A stretch of DNA of 64,000 bases, from the NCBI GenBank assembly GCA_964016885.1, contig OZ024754.1, forward strand, positions 15,376,001 to 15,440,000, given 5' to 3'. The stretch is from Eledone cirrhosa. Its lineage: Eukaryota. The notes below the pieces were generated by a model that was given only the letters and a program-made list of their open reading frames with translations, was not told the DNA's origin and made no database searches. The position numbers and the translations under genes were made by a program. This document shows, one piece after another, positions 14,637-28,282 of this stretch (position 1 is its first letter; every line of letters begins with the position of its first letter).

Positions 14637-14687
14637 AGTTTAAGCAAAGAAACGCTGCTTTCGCCCTTAACGGGATCTTCTGAAACT
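14637..14687 (-). ncRNA. Hammerhead-like motif, CAGAAGA core (family M; element ~14550-15022)
   Basis: AGTTT-CAGAAGA-tCCC(gttaa)GGGc-GAAA-GCA...TGC-TT^-AAACT; second copy at 35669-35719. Confidence 0.6.
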
Positions 14688-15239
14688 AACAAAGTCAATC
14701 TTTAAACGCAGAAGTGAATATTTCATAAAACGTTGCAACCGGAAGAAGACAGGAAGACGATACTTTGGTTCGTGGTAACGTTCCCTGGCAAAGAACGGGA
14801 AAAAACGAATATAATACGTCATTAATAGGAGCGGTGAAAAACAATTACACGCAAAGACATAACCACGTTTATGGTATAAAAGAAGTTGTAGACTAATGTT
14901 CACTTCGTTTTTTCCGTTCATTGCCTGAGAACGTCTCTATGAACCACCTAAGAGAACATTAGTCTACGACTTCTTTTATACCATAAACGTGGTTCTGTCT
15001 TTTATACCATAAACGTGGTTATCCATACATGGACTGTACCCCTAGATTACCGCCGTTCTAATACTAGTGGCTTAGTTTGGATCTAGCTGTCGAAACGGCC
15101 AGAGCTCAGCCGTCGAGGTCCTGAATCTTTTTATTCATATATATATATATATATATGTATATATTATATATATATATATATATAGTAATAATAAATGTAA
15201 ATACTAAAATCCAAAGATAATAATAATTATTATTATTAT

Positions 15240-15385
15240 TTCTACCTTTTGCTGGCCTTGTGCCTAAAGTAGAAACAATTATTATTTCTACCTTTGGCAC
15301 AAGGTCAGCAATTATCCCCGTGCACTACTGGTACTTTATTTTATCGACCCGTAAGGATGAAAGGCAAAGTTAACCTCGGCGGGAT
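15240..15385 (-). mobile_element. tRNA-SINE 3' part
   Basis: Reverse complement of the SINE body. Confidence 0.75.
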
Positions 15386-15387
15386 TA

Positions 15388-16100
15388 TAATAATAATAAT
15401 GGTTTCATTTATTGGCCACAAGGACATATAGGGGACAATACAAAAGACAGGGACAGTGGGGGTTTACATATACAACGTGTAAACAATATGAATAACAATA
15501 ACAAGATAACAATAAAAATACAAGGAAAATTCCCCAACAGGCGCATGATCAGAGTAGGCCCACTCATACGGGCCATTCTCGCCACATTCACCCACCTTTC
15601 AGCAAATGTACTGGGGGGCAGCACTTCTCTCTCCATCCTCAACTTCCTTTCCGAGTGAAACCTGAAAAAGTCGATGAGGGATTGGCCGAAGAGAAAAGTG
15701 TCTGTCTTCTGTCCTTTCAACCTGGTTCACCATGCAACCTCTTTCGTTACTGCCACCAGACAGAGGAAAATTGCCTGCCCTTCCTGGCCAAAAGAAGGCG
15801 GCGGGTCGATCTTCACTATGGACTCGACCGATAGCCGGATCCGTTCTACACGCGACAACAGCTGTTCGACATAAATCCACAAGTCAGTAATGCACGGACA
15901 CTGGACGAGTGCGTGCAGAACGGTTTCGTCGCTCTGCACGCATCTAGGGCAGGTCCGTGTGACAACACTTCCGTGCCTGTAAAGTTTATCTCGAACCGGC
16001 AGTGCCTAACCGGTAGCACTGCCTAACAAGGGATTTTTGGGCGTTATCTATCGTCCTCCGGAACAGACTGGTTAGTTCGACTTCGTCGACGCCCAGAGTC
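15388..16100 (-). mobile_element. L1/Tx1-clade LINE 3' end (degenerate)
   Basis: Frameshifted CPRC..ETVLHALVQCP zinc knuckle and F..RW terminal motif, followed by AATAAA and an (ATT)n tail. Confidence 0.75.
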
Positions 16101-16644
16101 GTTAAGATTGATATAAGAAATACTAATTCTTTGTTTTTAGAAAAGGATTTTCATTCAGCTTATGGCCTCAGCAGGTGAAAGTCAGGTCATGTGCATACTC
16201 TGCTTGTTTATTGGATTATCTTTCTTGGAGCACAAGCACACAAGCACATAAATAAATAAATACACACACACCCACACATACATATATATAGCATCTTGGA
16301 GCAAAACCCGTTGATAACACGACTTCCTTGTTCATCATCTCACCAGAAGCCCAACATTCTTTATGTAGGCGGACAATACCTGATTTTGGAGTCGCAGAAA
16401 CCAATACTGGATTTTACCATCAGTCCAAGGTCCGGGAAAGTATCAACACATATATTTTTATTGTTTGACCCGAATTACTTGGTCGTTTTGTTTTGGCTGT
16501 GCGGATGATATGTTTAACCATCATCTCAGTGTGTTTGGCCCTTAACGTATGTTGTAGCTCTGATTCATATGATTCATCGAGCGCTTGCCACACATATCGG
16601 ACGTTGATTTTCGTTAATTCCTGAGCTGAAAACGATTCTCGCTA

Positions 16645-16688
<44 letters not shown>

Positions 16689-16769
16689 TTTCACTCGTGT
16701 AGGACACCTCGGTTATTTTTCATTTTGTTTAAAAAAACCTCACTTTCTAATATATATATATATATATAT

Positions 16770-17935
16770 GGTAAATTTCTTTAAGTCGTTTGGAAGCCTC
16801 GACAATGCAGATGGGTAAATCTCCGGGTAACAAGATCCGGTGGTGGAGAGAGAGATGTAAGTGGGTGTACGTTGAGATGCGTGGCGTGTATAAGACTGTA
16901 GCGTGTAGAGGAATGAAGGAAAGGGCGTAAAGGATAAAAATAAAAATAACAACACGAGAAAGAGTTACCTTGGGAGAGATTTAATTGTCCCTATATATTT
17001 CGGATTCACATCCATCAACTGGGGTTTTTCCGGGAGGGGGGAAGATTGTCTGTCGGAAAGGTATGAAACGTGTCCTCCGCTGTTCGCTGAGGTTTTCAGC
17101 AGAGCGCGTGTGCGCGTGAAATGTGGTCGGTCAGGCAGAGGTCAGCGGCCGAAGTAGTTCTTTCAATTGTGGGAGTGGGGTGGCGCTAGCTGTCAGTCCA
17201 TAGTATTCTCTGCCTGTTTGGTGAATGTTACTGTGTGTGTGTGTGCGCGTGTGTTGTTGCCTTGTTCCTCTGTATTGGCAGTGTAGTATGTTCGTATGGT
17301 GGAATGCTACTGTGTGTGTGTGTGTTGCTGTCTCGCTTGTGTGTGTGTGTGCGTGTGTTGCTGCATCGTTTGTTAACTTAAACCAACCACCTCATTTCGC
17401 TTCTCTCGGATCGGTTGTTTAATTGTGGCCCTAGTCGTTTGATCCAAAGTGCTTCCTTGATACGTAATGTGCCGACGTTTCTTTCTGTCGCTAGAATTGT
17501 GACAATGGGCCTTCCGTCTTTGTTTCCGCATTTGGTTATGCGTTTCCGGAAAGACGAGGCCCTGGTATTAGTGTGCTCCTTGATCCGGATGTGCAACGGC
17601 CGGATTGTGCTACCTATATAGTATTGGTTGCACTTGTTACATTCTATCTTATACACGACGTATGTGCGTAGGCAACAGTTCGCATGGCGCATCGGCAGTC
17701 TCTGAGGGAGCACGCGTCAGTTGATTTCTCCCAAGATAACTCTTTCTCGTGTTGTTATTTTTATTTTTATCCTTTACGCTCTTTCATTCATTCCTCTACA
17801 CGCTACAGTCTTATACACGCCACGCATCTCAACGTACACCCACTTACATCTCTCTCTCCACCACCTGATCTTGTTACCCGGAGATTTACCCATCTGCATT
17901 GTCGAGGCTTCCAAACGACTTAAAGAAATTTACCT
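16770..17935 (-). mobile_element. Small 5'-truncated PLE (non-Naiad GIY-YIG type) with inverted pLTR
   Basis: 16770-16975 inverted to 17728-17935 around a GIY-YIG ORF. Confidence 0.85.
17378..17713 (-). CDS. PLE GIY-YIG endonuclease domain (fragment)
   Basis: VVYKIECNKCNQYYIGSTIRPLHIRIKEH...LRIKEALWIKRLGPQLNNR. Confidence 0.85.
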   Translation of the reverse strand: MLPQRLPMRHANCCLRTYVVYKIECNKCNQYYIGSTIRPLHIRIKEHTNTRASSFRKRITKCGNKDGRPIVTILATERNVGTLRIKEALWIKRLGPQLNNRSERSEMRWLV

Positions 17936-17969
17936 AATTATTCCACAATGCTTCAAGCAAACTTTAATA

Positions 17970-18007
<38 letters not shown>

Positions 18008-18799
18008 TATATTTACCGAATTGTAATAGACTTAACGCTATTTACTATATGCATACAGGCTATCTTAAATGTTTATCCATATTTTCTTTAGTTTTCCTTA
18101 TTAACTTGGTCGGTTTTGGGTTTTATATGGCAATATTTTGTGAAATTGAATTTTATAATGAAAACTTAATTCATTTTACCATTAAAAGTTTGTTGTCTTT
18201 ATTTTACCAATGTATTGGATTCTTTTTTTGGGGGGAGGGAGGGGGGTTGAATTAGATTTGCCGAATGAACATAAACGGCTTAAATTATTACTTAGTACCC
18301 TTATTTCAAGGTGGCGAAACAAGGATACTAAGTGTTAGGGCGTCGGATTAAAAATGATTGGTATTTGTTATGGTTTATTGCACTCTGATTTCAAATCCCA
18401 TTGAGTTTAACTTTGACTTTTGTATTTTTGAGGTTGATAAATCACTAGTCCTTCACAGGGGTTCGATTCTTCTTTTAATCTTCTTTAACACCCCTCCCTC
18501 TCAGTCAATCTTTGTTTCTCTAAAAGAAGATGACTGTATTCCTATTGGATAGGGACGAGCTTCACCAGTTTCTAAAGTGCACAAGATGTCAGCGCGGAAC
18601 CTACATGATTCCAATAAGAGTTAAGGTGACCTTTACCTAGTTTTGTTGTTTTTTAAATACTTGTAAAATATATACAGAATCGTGCATAATTAGATTTGCC
18701 GACAATCTTTTGATATTAACGACTCTTAATATATTTCTGCCACTTTTACTTACTCAAACTATGTATAACTAGGGAATTACTGATTGTAATTATTGAATT

Positions 18800-20150
18800 T
18801 TATTATCTCAATTTCTTCTCATGAATGCTACCAAGCAACATTATTCACATTTATAACCATACCCACCAAATTATCTGTGTTTAATATACATATAAATTGA
18901 GTTTATATCTCGATAATTCTACTCTCTAAAATCTATTTAGACAGTAAAGTTAATTCTTTTGGCTCAACTGGACTTGTTTACTATTCAGTTTCGTAAGCTT
19001 GTTATCTAATGATTCTCTAGCTAACTTTGTCACGTGTTTAATTAAATCTTTGTTTTAAATCTACTCGCAGTGTGATAGAATTTATATATTCCTTCTAGTT
19101 CTTCGAAATTTCTCTATAAAGACCTCATTTACGATAGCAAATTAATTATTCTTTATCCATCTTTTACTTAATTATGATGAAGTGTTGAATATTATTTCAT
19201 CCCCCCCCCCCCGCGGCTGGATTAACGCATACACGTACTCAAAGCTTGGAACGTATCATATTTACGATTCTTCGTAACAGGCTAATATTTTTGCAAACAC
19301 AAACCAATTTCTTGGTCCAGTGCTGTATAAGCGGAATAGCGCTTTCGCAACTCTGTCCAGACATTTATAATTGTGATGCGTGTGTGACATCGGAAGGGGT
19401 AAACATGACGGGGGCAGGTAAGCACGAACGTATGTGCGTAAGATTAAAGAAATTGGGTGGGGAGTTAAGTCTATTGGGGAAACTGGACCCAAGGCGGAAA
19501 ATCAGACTCTATTCTGTCCTGGTGCACGGAATCTATGTCTTTTGGGGCCAGAGCCTCAGTGACATTTATTGATTTGCCCCTCATATCTCTATAGACTGAT
19601 AATTGGTGTCGACTGAATCTTTTAACATCATTTTACTTTCAGCCAATCCCTTCTGTTTCTCGCAGACGGCTCCTGATTCTCCTTTGAGGATGATCAACTT
19701 GTATTGAAGACTTTTGTTTGTAGCGTCTCCAAACTTCACCCCTATTCTATTTTCACTCGTTGTTGGTGAGGAGGGTATTGTTTTGTTTTTATTTTGTTTA
19801 CATATAATTTTTCGTAGGTCAGTGATTTTTTTTTGATTTTTAAATATACGATAGCATTTTTTATATTGTTTTGATTCTGTTAACATATCTATTATCACCA
19901 AAATAATACACCTTAGTCGTTGCTAGGGTATATAGACAGACGTTAACTTGCCAAAATTTAGGGGCTTTAATTTATCAAAAATATTCACCCCCAATTTCGT
20001 CGATAGCATGTACAATTTCTTTGTACTGTTTCTTGTTCAATATTGTCGTTTTATGTCCCTTTTCGAGAGTCAGAGACATAAACTAACTTCTTTTGGGGAA
20101 AGTTTCACTAACGGTAGTACGTTTTAATAGTTTGTACTCTTCCGTTTCCT
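18800..20150 (-). pseudogene. Possible highly decayed PLE remnant
   Basis: Scattered minus-strand motifs EKGHKTTILNKKQY, EGIYKF..SRFKTKI, ILES..LNTD, interrupted by many stops. Confidence 0.3.
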
Positions 20151-20391
20151 AGTTAATCGTACACTTATTATCATTGACATGATAATATATACTTTTTTCT
20201 ATATGTATGTATATGCCGTTATTAAATGCTAAACTTCTGGAATATTTTGCATATATCCACAGTTCCATTAAATGTATGTCTATGTATGTTTATATGTAAG
20301 CATGTATGGTTACCTGTCTGCATGTATATATGTACGCACATATGCATGTATACTTGTATTATGTATGTACTTATGGTACATACATAATAGG

Positions 20392-20765
20392 GTGAATTGG
20401 GCGGTGAATTGGCAGTATCGGTAGAGGGTTGGACGCCATGCTTTCTAGCATAGTTACGTCCCTTTACATTCTGAGTTCAAATCCCGCCGAGGTTAACTTT
20501 GCCTTTCATCCTTACGGGGTCGATAAAATAAACTACCAGTAATTGCTGGCATTGTGCCTAAAGTAGAAACAATTATGTATGTACTTATGTATCGGTAGAG
20601 GGTCGGATACCATGCTTTGTAGCATAGAGTTACGGCCCTTTACGTTTTGAGTTCTAATCCCGCCGAGGCTAACTTTGCCTTTCATCCTTACAGGGTCGAT
20701 TAAATAAAGTACCAGTAATACACTGGGATAATTTCTGGCCTTGTGCCAAAAGTACAAACAACTAT
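20392..20765 (+). mobile_element. Two tandem tRNA-SINE copies
   Basis: SINE consensus at ~20392-20575 and ~20590-20765. Confidence 0.85.
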
Positions 20766-21254
20766 GTATGTACTTATTTATGTATGTTTACATGTAAGTA
20801 TGTATTTATATATGTATGTATGTTTCCATCTATGCATGTATGCTTGTATTACGTATGTACAAATGTATGTATGTTTACTTGTATGTATATATGTGTGGAT
20901 ATCTCCCAGCAAAAGCCTATTTAATAGCTCACTGATATTTCTGTTGGACTGCCTATATATCATTTACACTATACATTGCAGCATCTTCAACATGATTCGT
21001 GATGGGACACTAATTATGTTTTATTACTTATATTAAGGAAATAAGTTGCTGCTCAAATGAAAGCAAGAGAGAAAGAAGAAATGAAGGTTTGTATAGAGAT
21101 AGATATATGATTATAATTACATAGGCCTTCCGAATGGAATGTAAAATATATTACGACCGACTCACTGTAGCCATTCCTGTTGAAAAATAGGTTTCCTTTC
21201 AAAGTAGGCATGGAGGCGACATCATAATTAAACACAAAACACAGGCAGAGTAAA

Positions 21255-21413
<159 letters not shown>

Positions 21414-21451
21414 CATACATACATACATACATACATACATACATACATACA

Positions 21452-21910
21452 TGGTAGCTGCCAACTCGTTTTCGAGTACGGCCACTACTTTATATCCATG
21501 TAGGAGAACCCCTACCGATGCATTGAACGAGTGTGACTTTTTAGTCCAGCCAGCAACTTGAAAACTCTGGTACAAACACTACACTTGTGACAATTATTGA
21601 CACATAGTGCTGGGCCCTTGGTACCATGTGACGACAAGTGCAGAGAGATCTCCAGATATAAAGCAATGCCTGTGCCGTGAAGCTTTTATAGCGAGCAAAG
21701 GCACTACACAAAGCCAGTCCCACTCTCTTGACCAAGATGATATTTACCAAAAAGAAGAACAAGTCAACATCATTGGATATCATCAGGGTTGCAGGTGTTA
21801 TATCAGAGTTTTCCTTCTCCTAGCATTCTGCCTTGACAAAGGCTAAGGGGTCATCTCTCCCGGTGATTTTGGATGGCCATTGACTCTTAAGAGCTCCTTT
21901 GCCCTTTGAC
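21452..21910 (-). mobile_element. Non-autonomous retroposon family I with (TGTA)n tail
   Basis: Multi-copy; flanked by (CATA)n on both sides. Confidence 0.7.
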
Positions 21911-22005
21911 ATACATACATACATACATACATACATACATACATACATACATACATACATACATACATACATACATACATACATACATACATACATACAT
22001 ACATA

Positions 22006-22220
22006 CCCGCTTGGACCAATGTATAACTGAACTTGGATTTGCGGACAAAGAGCGTAGCTCCCTAATTCATTGTCTACAAATGGCTGCGATAGCTGGCACC
22101 TTCAAAATTTGCAAAACATTCTTGCGATTCAAGGGATGACAATTTCCTTTCGTTTACAACCTTGCCACCAGGAAGGTGGCCGGTCAAAAAAATATACTCG
22201 AAATTAAGAGAAAGAGAGAA
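22006..22220 (+). mobile_element. R4/Dong-like non-LTR retrotransposon 3' end
   Basis: ORF end ...LIHCLQMAAIAGTFKICKTFLRFKG* resembles the C-terminal QxAxxxGTxxIxxxFL motif of RLE-clade elements; short 3' UTR; sits in (CATA)n. Confidence 0.65.
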
Positions 22221-22562
22221 CATACATACATACTTATACACATACAAACATTCTGTTATACTCACCCAAGAAAGGCAATAAAGCTAGTCAAATGCAAGAG
22301 ATTACAGAGAAGGGAAATAGACAAGACAGAGAGAACATAGTTGAAGAAGAGAAAAGATGACGTTTAATGTTGCTTTTGAATTATAGTGGTCAGAAAAGCA
22401 AGAAGCCAGAAGAGAACTCCGTGAGATGTGCAAGAGGAGAAACTATCAGAACAGAATTTAAGATTACACTTTAAAATGTCAACTGAAAATGTACGAGACA
22501 TAGCCTCTAATCTGGTACTAATACTTGCACATTATATACATATACATGCATACACAAACATG

Positions 22563-22680
<118 letters not shown>

Positions 22681-22749
22681 CGTATATATATATATATATG
22701 TATATATACGTATATATATACGTATATATATACGTATATATATATATAC

Positions 22750-22817
<68 letters not shown>

Positions 22818-22835
22818 GTATATATATATGTATAT

Positions 22836-24309
<1,474 letters not shown>

Positions 24310-24885
24310 TATAATTATGTAATAAAAAACATGAGACAATTATTCCATTTACCAAAGCTTTCACGAAGACAGAAATCGCTCAACAGGAACTGATTAAATA
24401 GCTCTGTAGCATACATAGAGCACCCTCCTTCCCTTTACCCTTCCTACGGAAATACTTCATATATACAGCTGAATACAATAAATGGCTGAATACAATAAAT
24501 GTAATCTGAGTTTTTTGAATATTAATAACATCCGATTCGTTTGCAATTATGCAAACAAGCCTCATTTTTATAGCCATGTCAGTAGAATGAACATTTCATT
24601 CTTGCTCTTGTGTTTACATGCCAACACGAGAGCAAGAATGAAGGATTCATTCTACTGACATGACTTTAAAATTGAGGCTTGTTTGCATAATTGCAAACGA
24701 ATCGAATGTTATTAATATTCGATTAATATGGTCTGAGTTCAAATCCCGCCGAGGTTAACTTTGCCTTTCATACTTACAGGGTCGATAAAATAGAGTACCA
24801 GTAATGTACTGGTAAATTGCTGGCCTTGTGCCAAAAGTAGAAACAATTATTAATATTCGAAAAACTCAGATTACATTTATTGATA
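24310..24885. mobile_element. Fold-back element (family S) with SINE insertion at 24728-24851
   Basis: 24493-24615 inverted to 24623-24882; SINE flanked by the duplication TTATTAATATTCGA. Confidence 0.7.
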
Positions 24886-24895
24886 TATATATATA

Positions 24896-24940
<45 letters not shown>

Positions 24941-25877
24941 AGGAGATATAAAGCAGAAATGTTTAGCGTATATATGTCGAAATTTGAGTATTAAAAAAAA
25001 ACAGGTTTTAGACTCAATAGAGACAGATGCACATGCTCATGAATTTTATATCGAATTAACCTATTTATATCATATCGAAAATGCTCTAACAACAACATCA
25101 CTTAGTCCCCTTTCTCACAAGCACAATCAATGATATATCTACCACCCACACCCTAATTACCCCTATTGCACACCACATCATAAACATGACCCCTACGGCC
25201 ATCACCACCACCACCACCAACAACAACAACAACCACAACGTATCTATGCTTCCATTCACTATTAGTTTTCTCGTTTAAGTTTGTTTTCTTTTTGTTGCTT
25301 CGTGTTCAGCGAGCTCCCCGACAACGACAACCTAATCTTTTAACATATATAGCTGCTAACAAGAACTTTTGATAAGTTATTATGTTTCATATTATTCATT
25401 ATTGCAATTTGTCAAAATCTTTTCGAATGTCTTTCTGAAAAGGATATGACTAAGAAAACACACACACACACACACAAGCCCCTCCACCATACACACACAC
25501 ACGCACGCACACACGCATACAAAAACACACACCCATACACACATTTCTCAGACACATTCACACACACAAACACACACACATTTCTCACACACACACAACA
25601 CACGATGACTCCAAATATATGCAGGTGTGTCTAGCAAATATACAACTCTAACCAAACCATACCAACATACATCTATAAACAGGCTTTTCTCAGTTATAAA
25701 ATGTTATGAACATCGGCTCCCATGATTACTTATAATTATCTTGCCAACACCCAACCATATCCATTGCATAATGTTATGATAAGTCATTTATAACGTACTC
25801 TGTATCTGTTATAATCATAAGTCAGTTGATTACATATGAACGAAGTCTACAACTCATTGCTTATATATATATATAAT

Positions 25878-26285
<408 letters not shown>

Positions 26286-26288
26286 TAC

Positions 26289-26423
<135 letters not shown>

Positions 26424-26475
26424 ACAAGAATCAAAGCTATGTTTAAAGCATTTATTATACATATATATATATATC

Positions 26476-26655
26476 TATCCAGCGAACGTTCAACCATCAA
26501 GGTTGTTTTTTCCACGGTTATGTCAATATTTATAAAACAAATCTTGTATTTTATCTGATGAAAGCGCACCAAGAATGCCTTGGTTGTCCTTGATATATAT
26601 ATAATAAAATAATTATGGTTTTATAAATATAGTTTCCATTTATTAATATATTGTA
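26476..26655 (+). mobile_element. Family F pLTR fragment (HHR with GAAA>GATA)
   Basis: Near-identical to 27652-27830. Confidence 0.75.
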
Positions 26656-26661
26656 TATATT

Positions 26662-26850
26662 GCGGTGGATTGGCAGTATCGGTAGAGGGTCGGACACCAT
26701 GCTTTCCAGCATAGTTACGTCCCTTTACGATCTGCGTTCAAATCTCGCCGAGGTTGACTTTGCCTTTCATTCTTACGGGGTCGATAAAATAAAGTACCAG
26801 TAATGAACTGGGTAATTGCTGGCCTTGTGCCTAAAGTAGAAACAATTAAT
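26662..26850 (+). mobile_element. tRNA-derived SINE
   Basis: Matches the SINE consensus. Confidence 0.85.
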
Positions 26851-26875
26851 ATATTGCATATATATATATATATAT

Positions 26876-26929
<54 letters not shown>

Positions 26930-27572
26930 CAGTTACCTACCTAGCTATGTGTGCTTGCACAATTGTAAAAATTATCCCCTGTGATTGTTTCATATGTTTA
27001 TTTATATGTTAATCAACTTCTAGTTGTTATAAAATGCTCGGACCTATTCATTAGAATCTTGGAGCTTATTTTACGGGTGATATGGCGCATGCCTTTCTGG
27101 CATGACACCCATAATTTTGATTTAGATTAAATTCACTTTGATTTATCTTAATTTTGGATATAGATATATAAATACGGATCCTTAATTGTAGAGCTAACTC
27201 TGTTGAAAGGACTTGACTGCTGTTTCTAGTTGTCGATAACCATATTCATGCCACTGGGACGAAGCTGGTATGATGTGTGTATTTTTAGTAGATACAGCAC
27301 GTGTTACTATCCAGTCGCTGATTTGAACTTAATGCGTATACACAGATGGCTGGACTTCTTCCTTGTTGAAAATCCAAGTATCGGCCTCCGTGGTTTACCA
27401 TTCGATTAATTGGTGAAATATATTTCTTTAATGGAATATAAGGTATCTATTTTTGAAGTTCTAGTTAACTTTATTTAGTTACCTACCTAGCTATGTGTGT
27501 TTGCACACTTGTAAAAATTATCCCCTGTGATTGTTTCATATGTTTATTTATATGTTAATCAACTTCTAGTTG

Positions 27573-27575
<3 letters not shown>
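26930..27575. repeat. ~545-bp unit with ~100-bp direct terminal repeat between (TA)n tracts
   Basis: 26931-27031 repeated at 27477-27577. Confidence 0.7.
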
Positions 27576-27655
<80 letters not shown>

Positions 27656-27722
27656 GAGAACTTTCAACCGTCAAGGTTGTTTTTTTTCCACGGTTATGTC
27701 AATATTTATAAAACAAATCTTG

Positions 27723-27787
27723 TATTTTATCTGATGAAAGCGCACCAAGAATGCCTTGGTTGTCCTTGAAATATATATAATAAAATA
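27723..27787 (+). ncRNA. Type I hammerhead ribozyme (family F)
   Basis: TATTTTAT-CTGATGA-AAG...CTT-GAAA-TATATA-TA^-ATAAAATA. Confidence 0.8.
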
Positions 27788-27825
27788 ATTATGGTTTTAT
27801 AAATATAGTTTCCATTTATTAATAT

Positions 27826-27902
<77 letters not shown>

Positions 27903-27963
27903 TTTCTGAATTTGTTTAGCAAGATTCTTTATCTGAAATCGTGTGTTGACCCTCCCAAAGTAT

Positions 27964-28011
<48 letters not shown>

Positions 28012-28092
28012 ATATATTGTTATACTTTGTTATATATATTGTTATACTTTATATTTATATGTATATATAAATATATATAAATATATATATTC

Positions 28093-28123
<31 letters not shown>

Positions 28124-28124
28124 A

Positions 28125-28265
<141 letters not shown>

Positions 28266-28282
28266 TATATATACATATATAT

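Noticed and set aside
22170-22205. Shared GTGGCCG/TACTCGAAA words between the R4-like UTR and the family I 3' end
   Set aside because: The words are too short, differently spaced and in opposite orientation to the microsatellite; likely chance.
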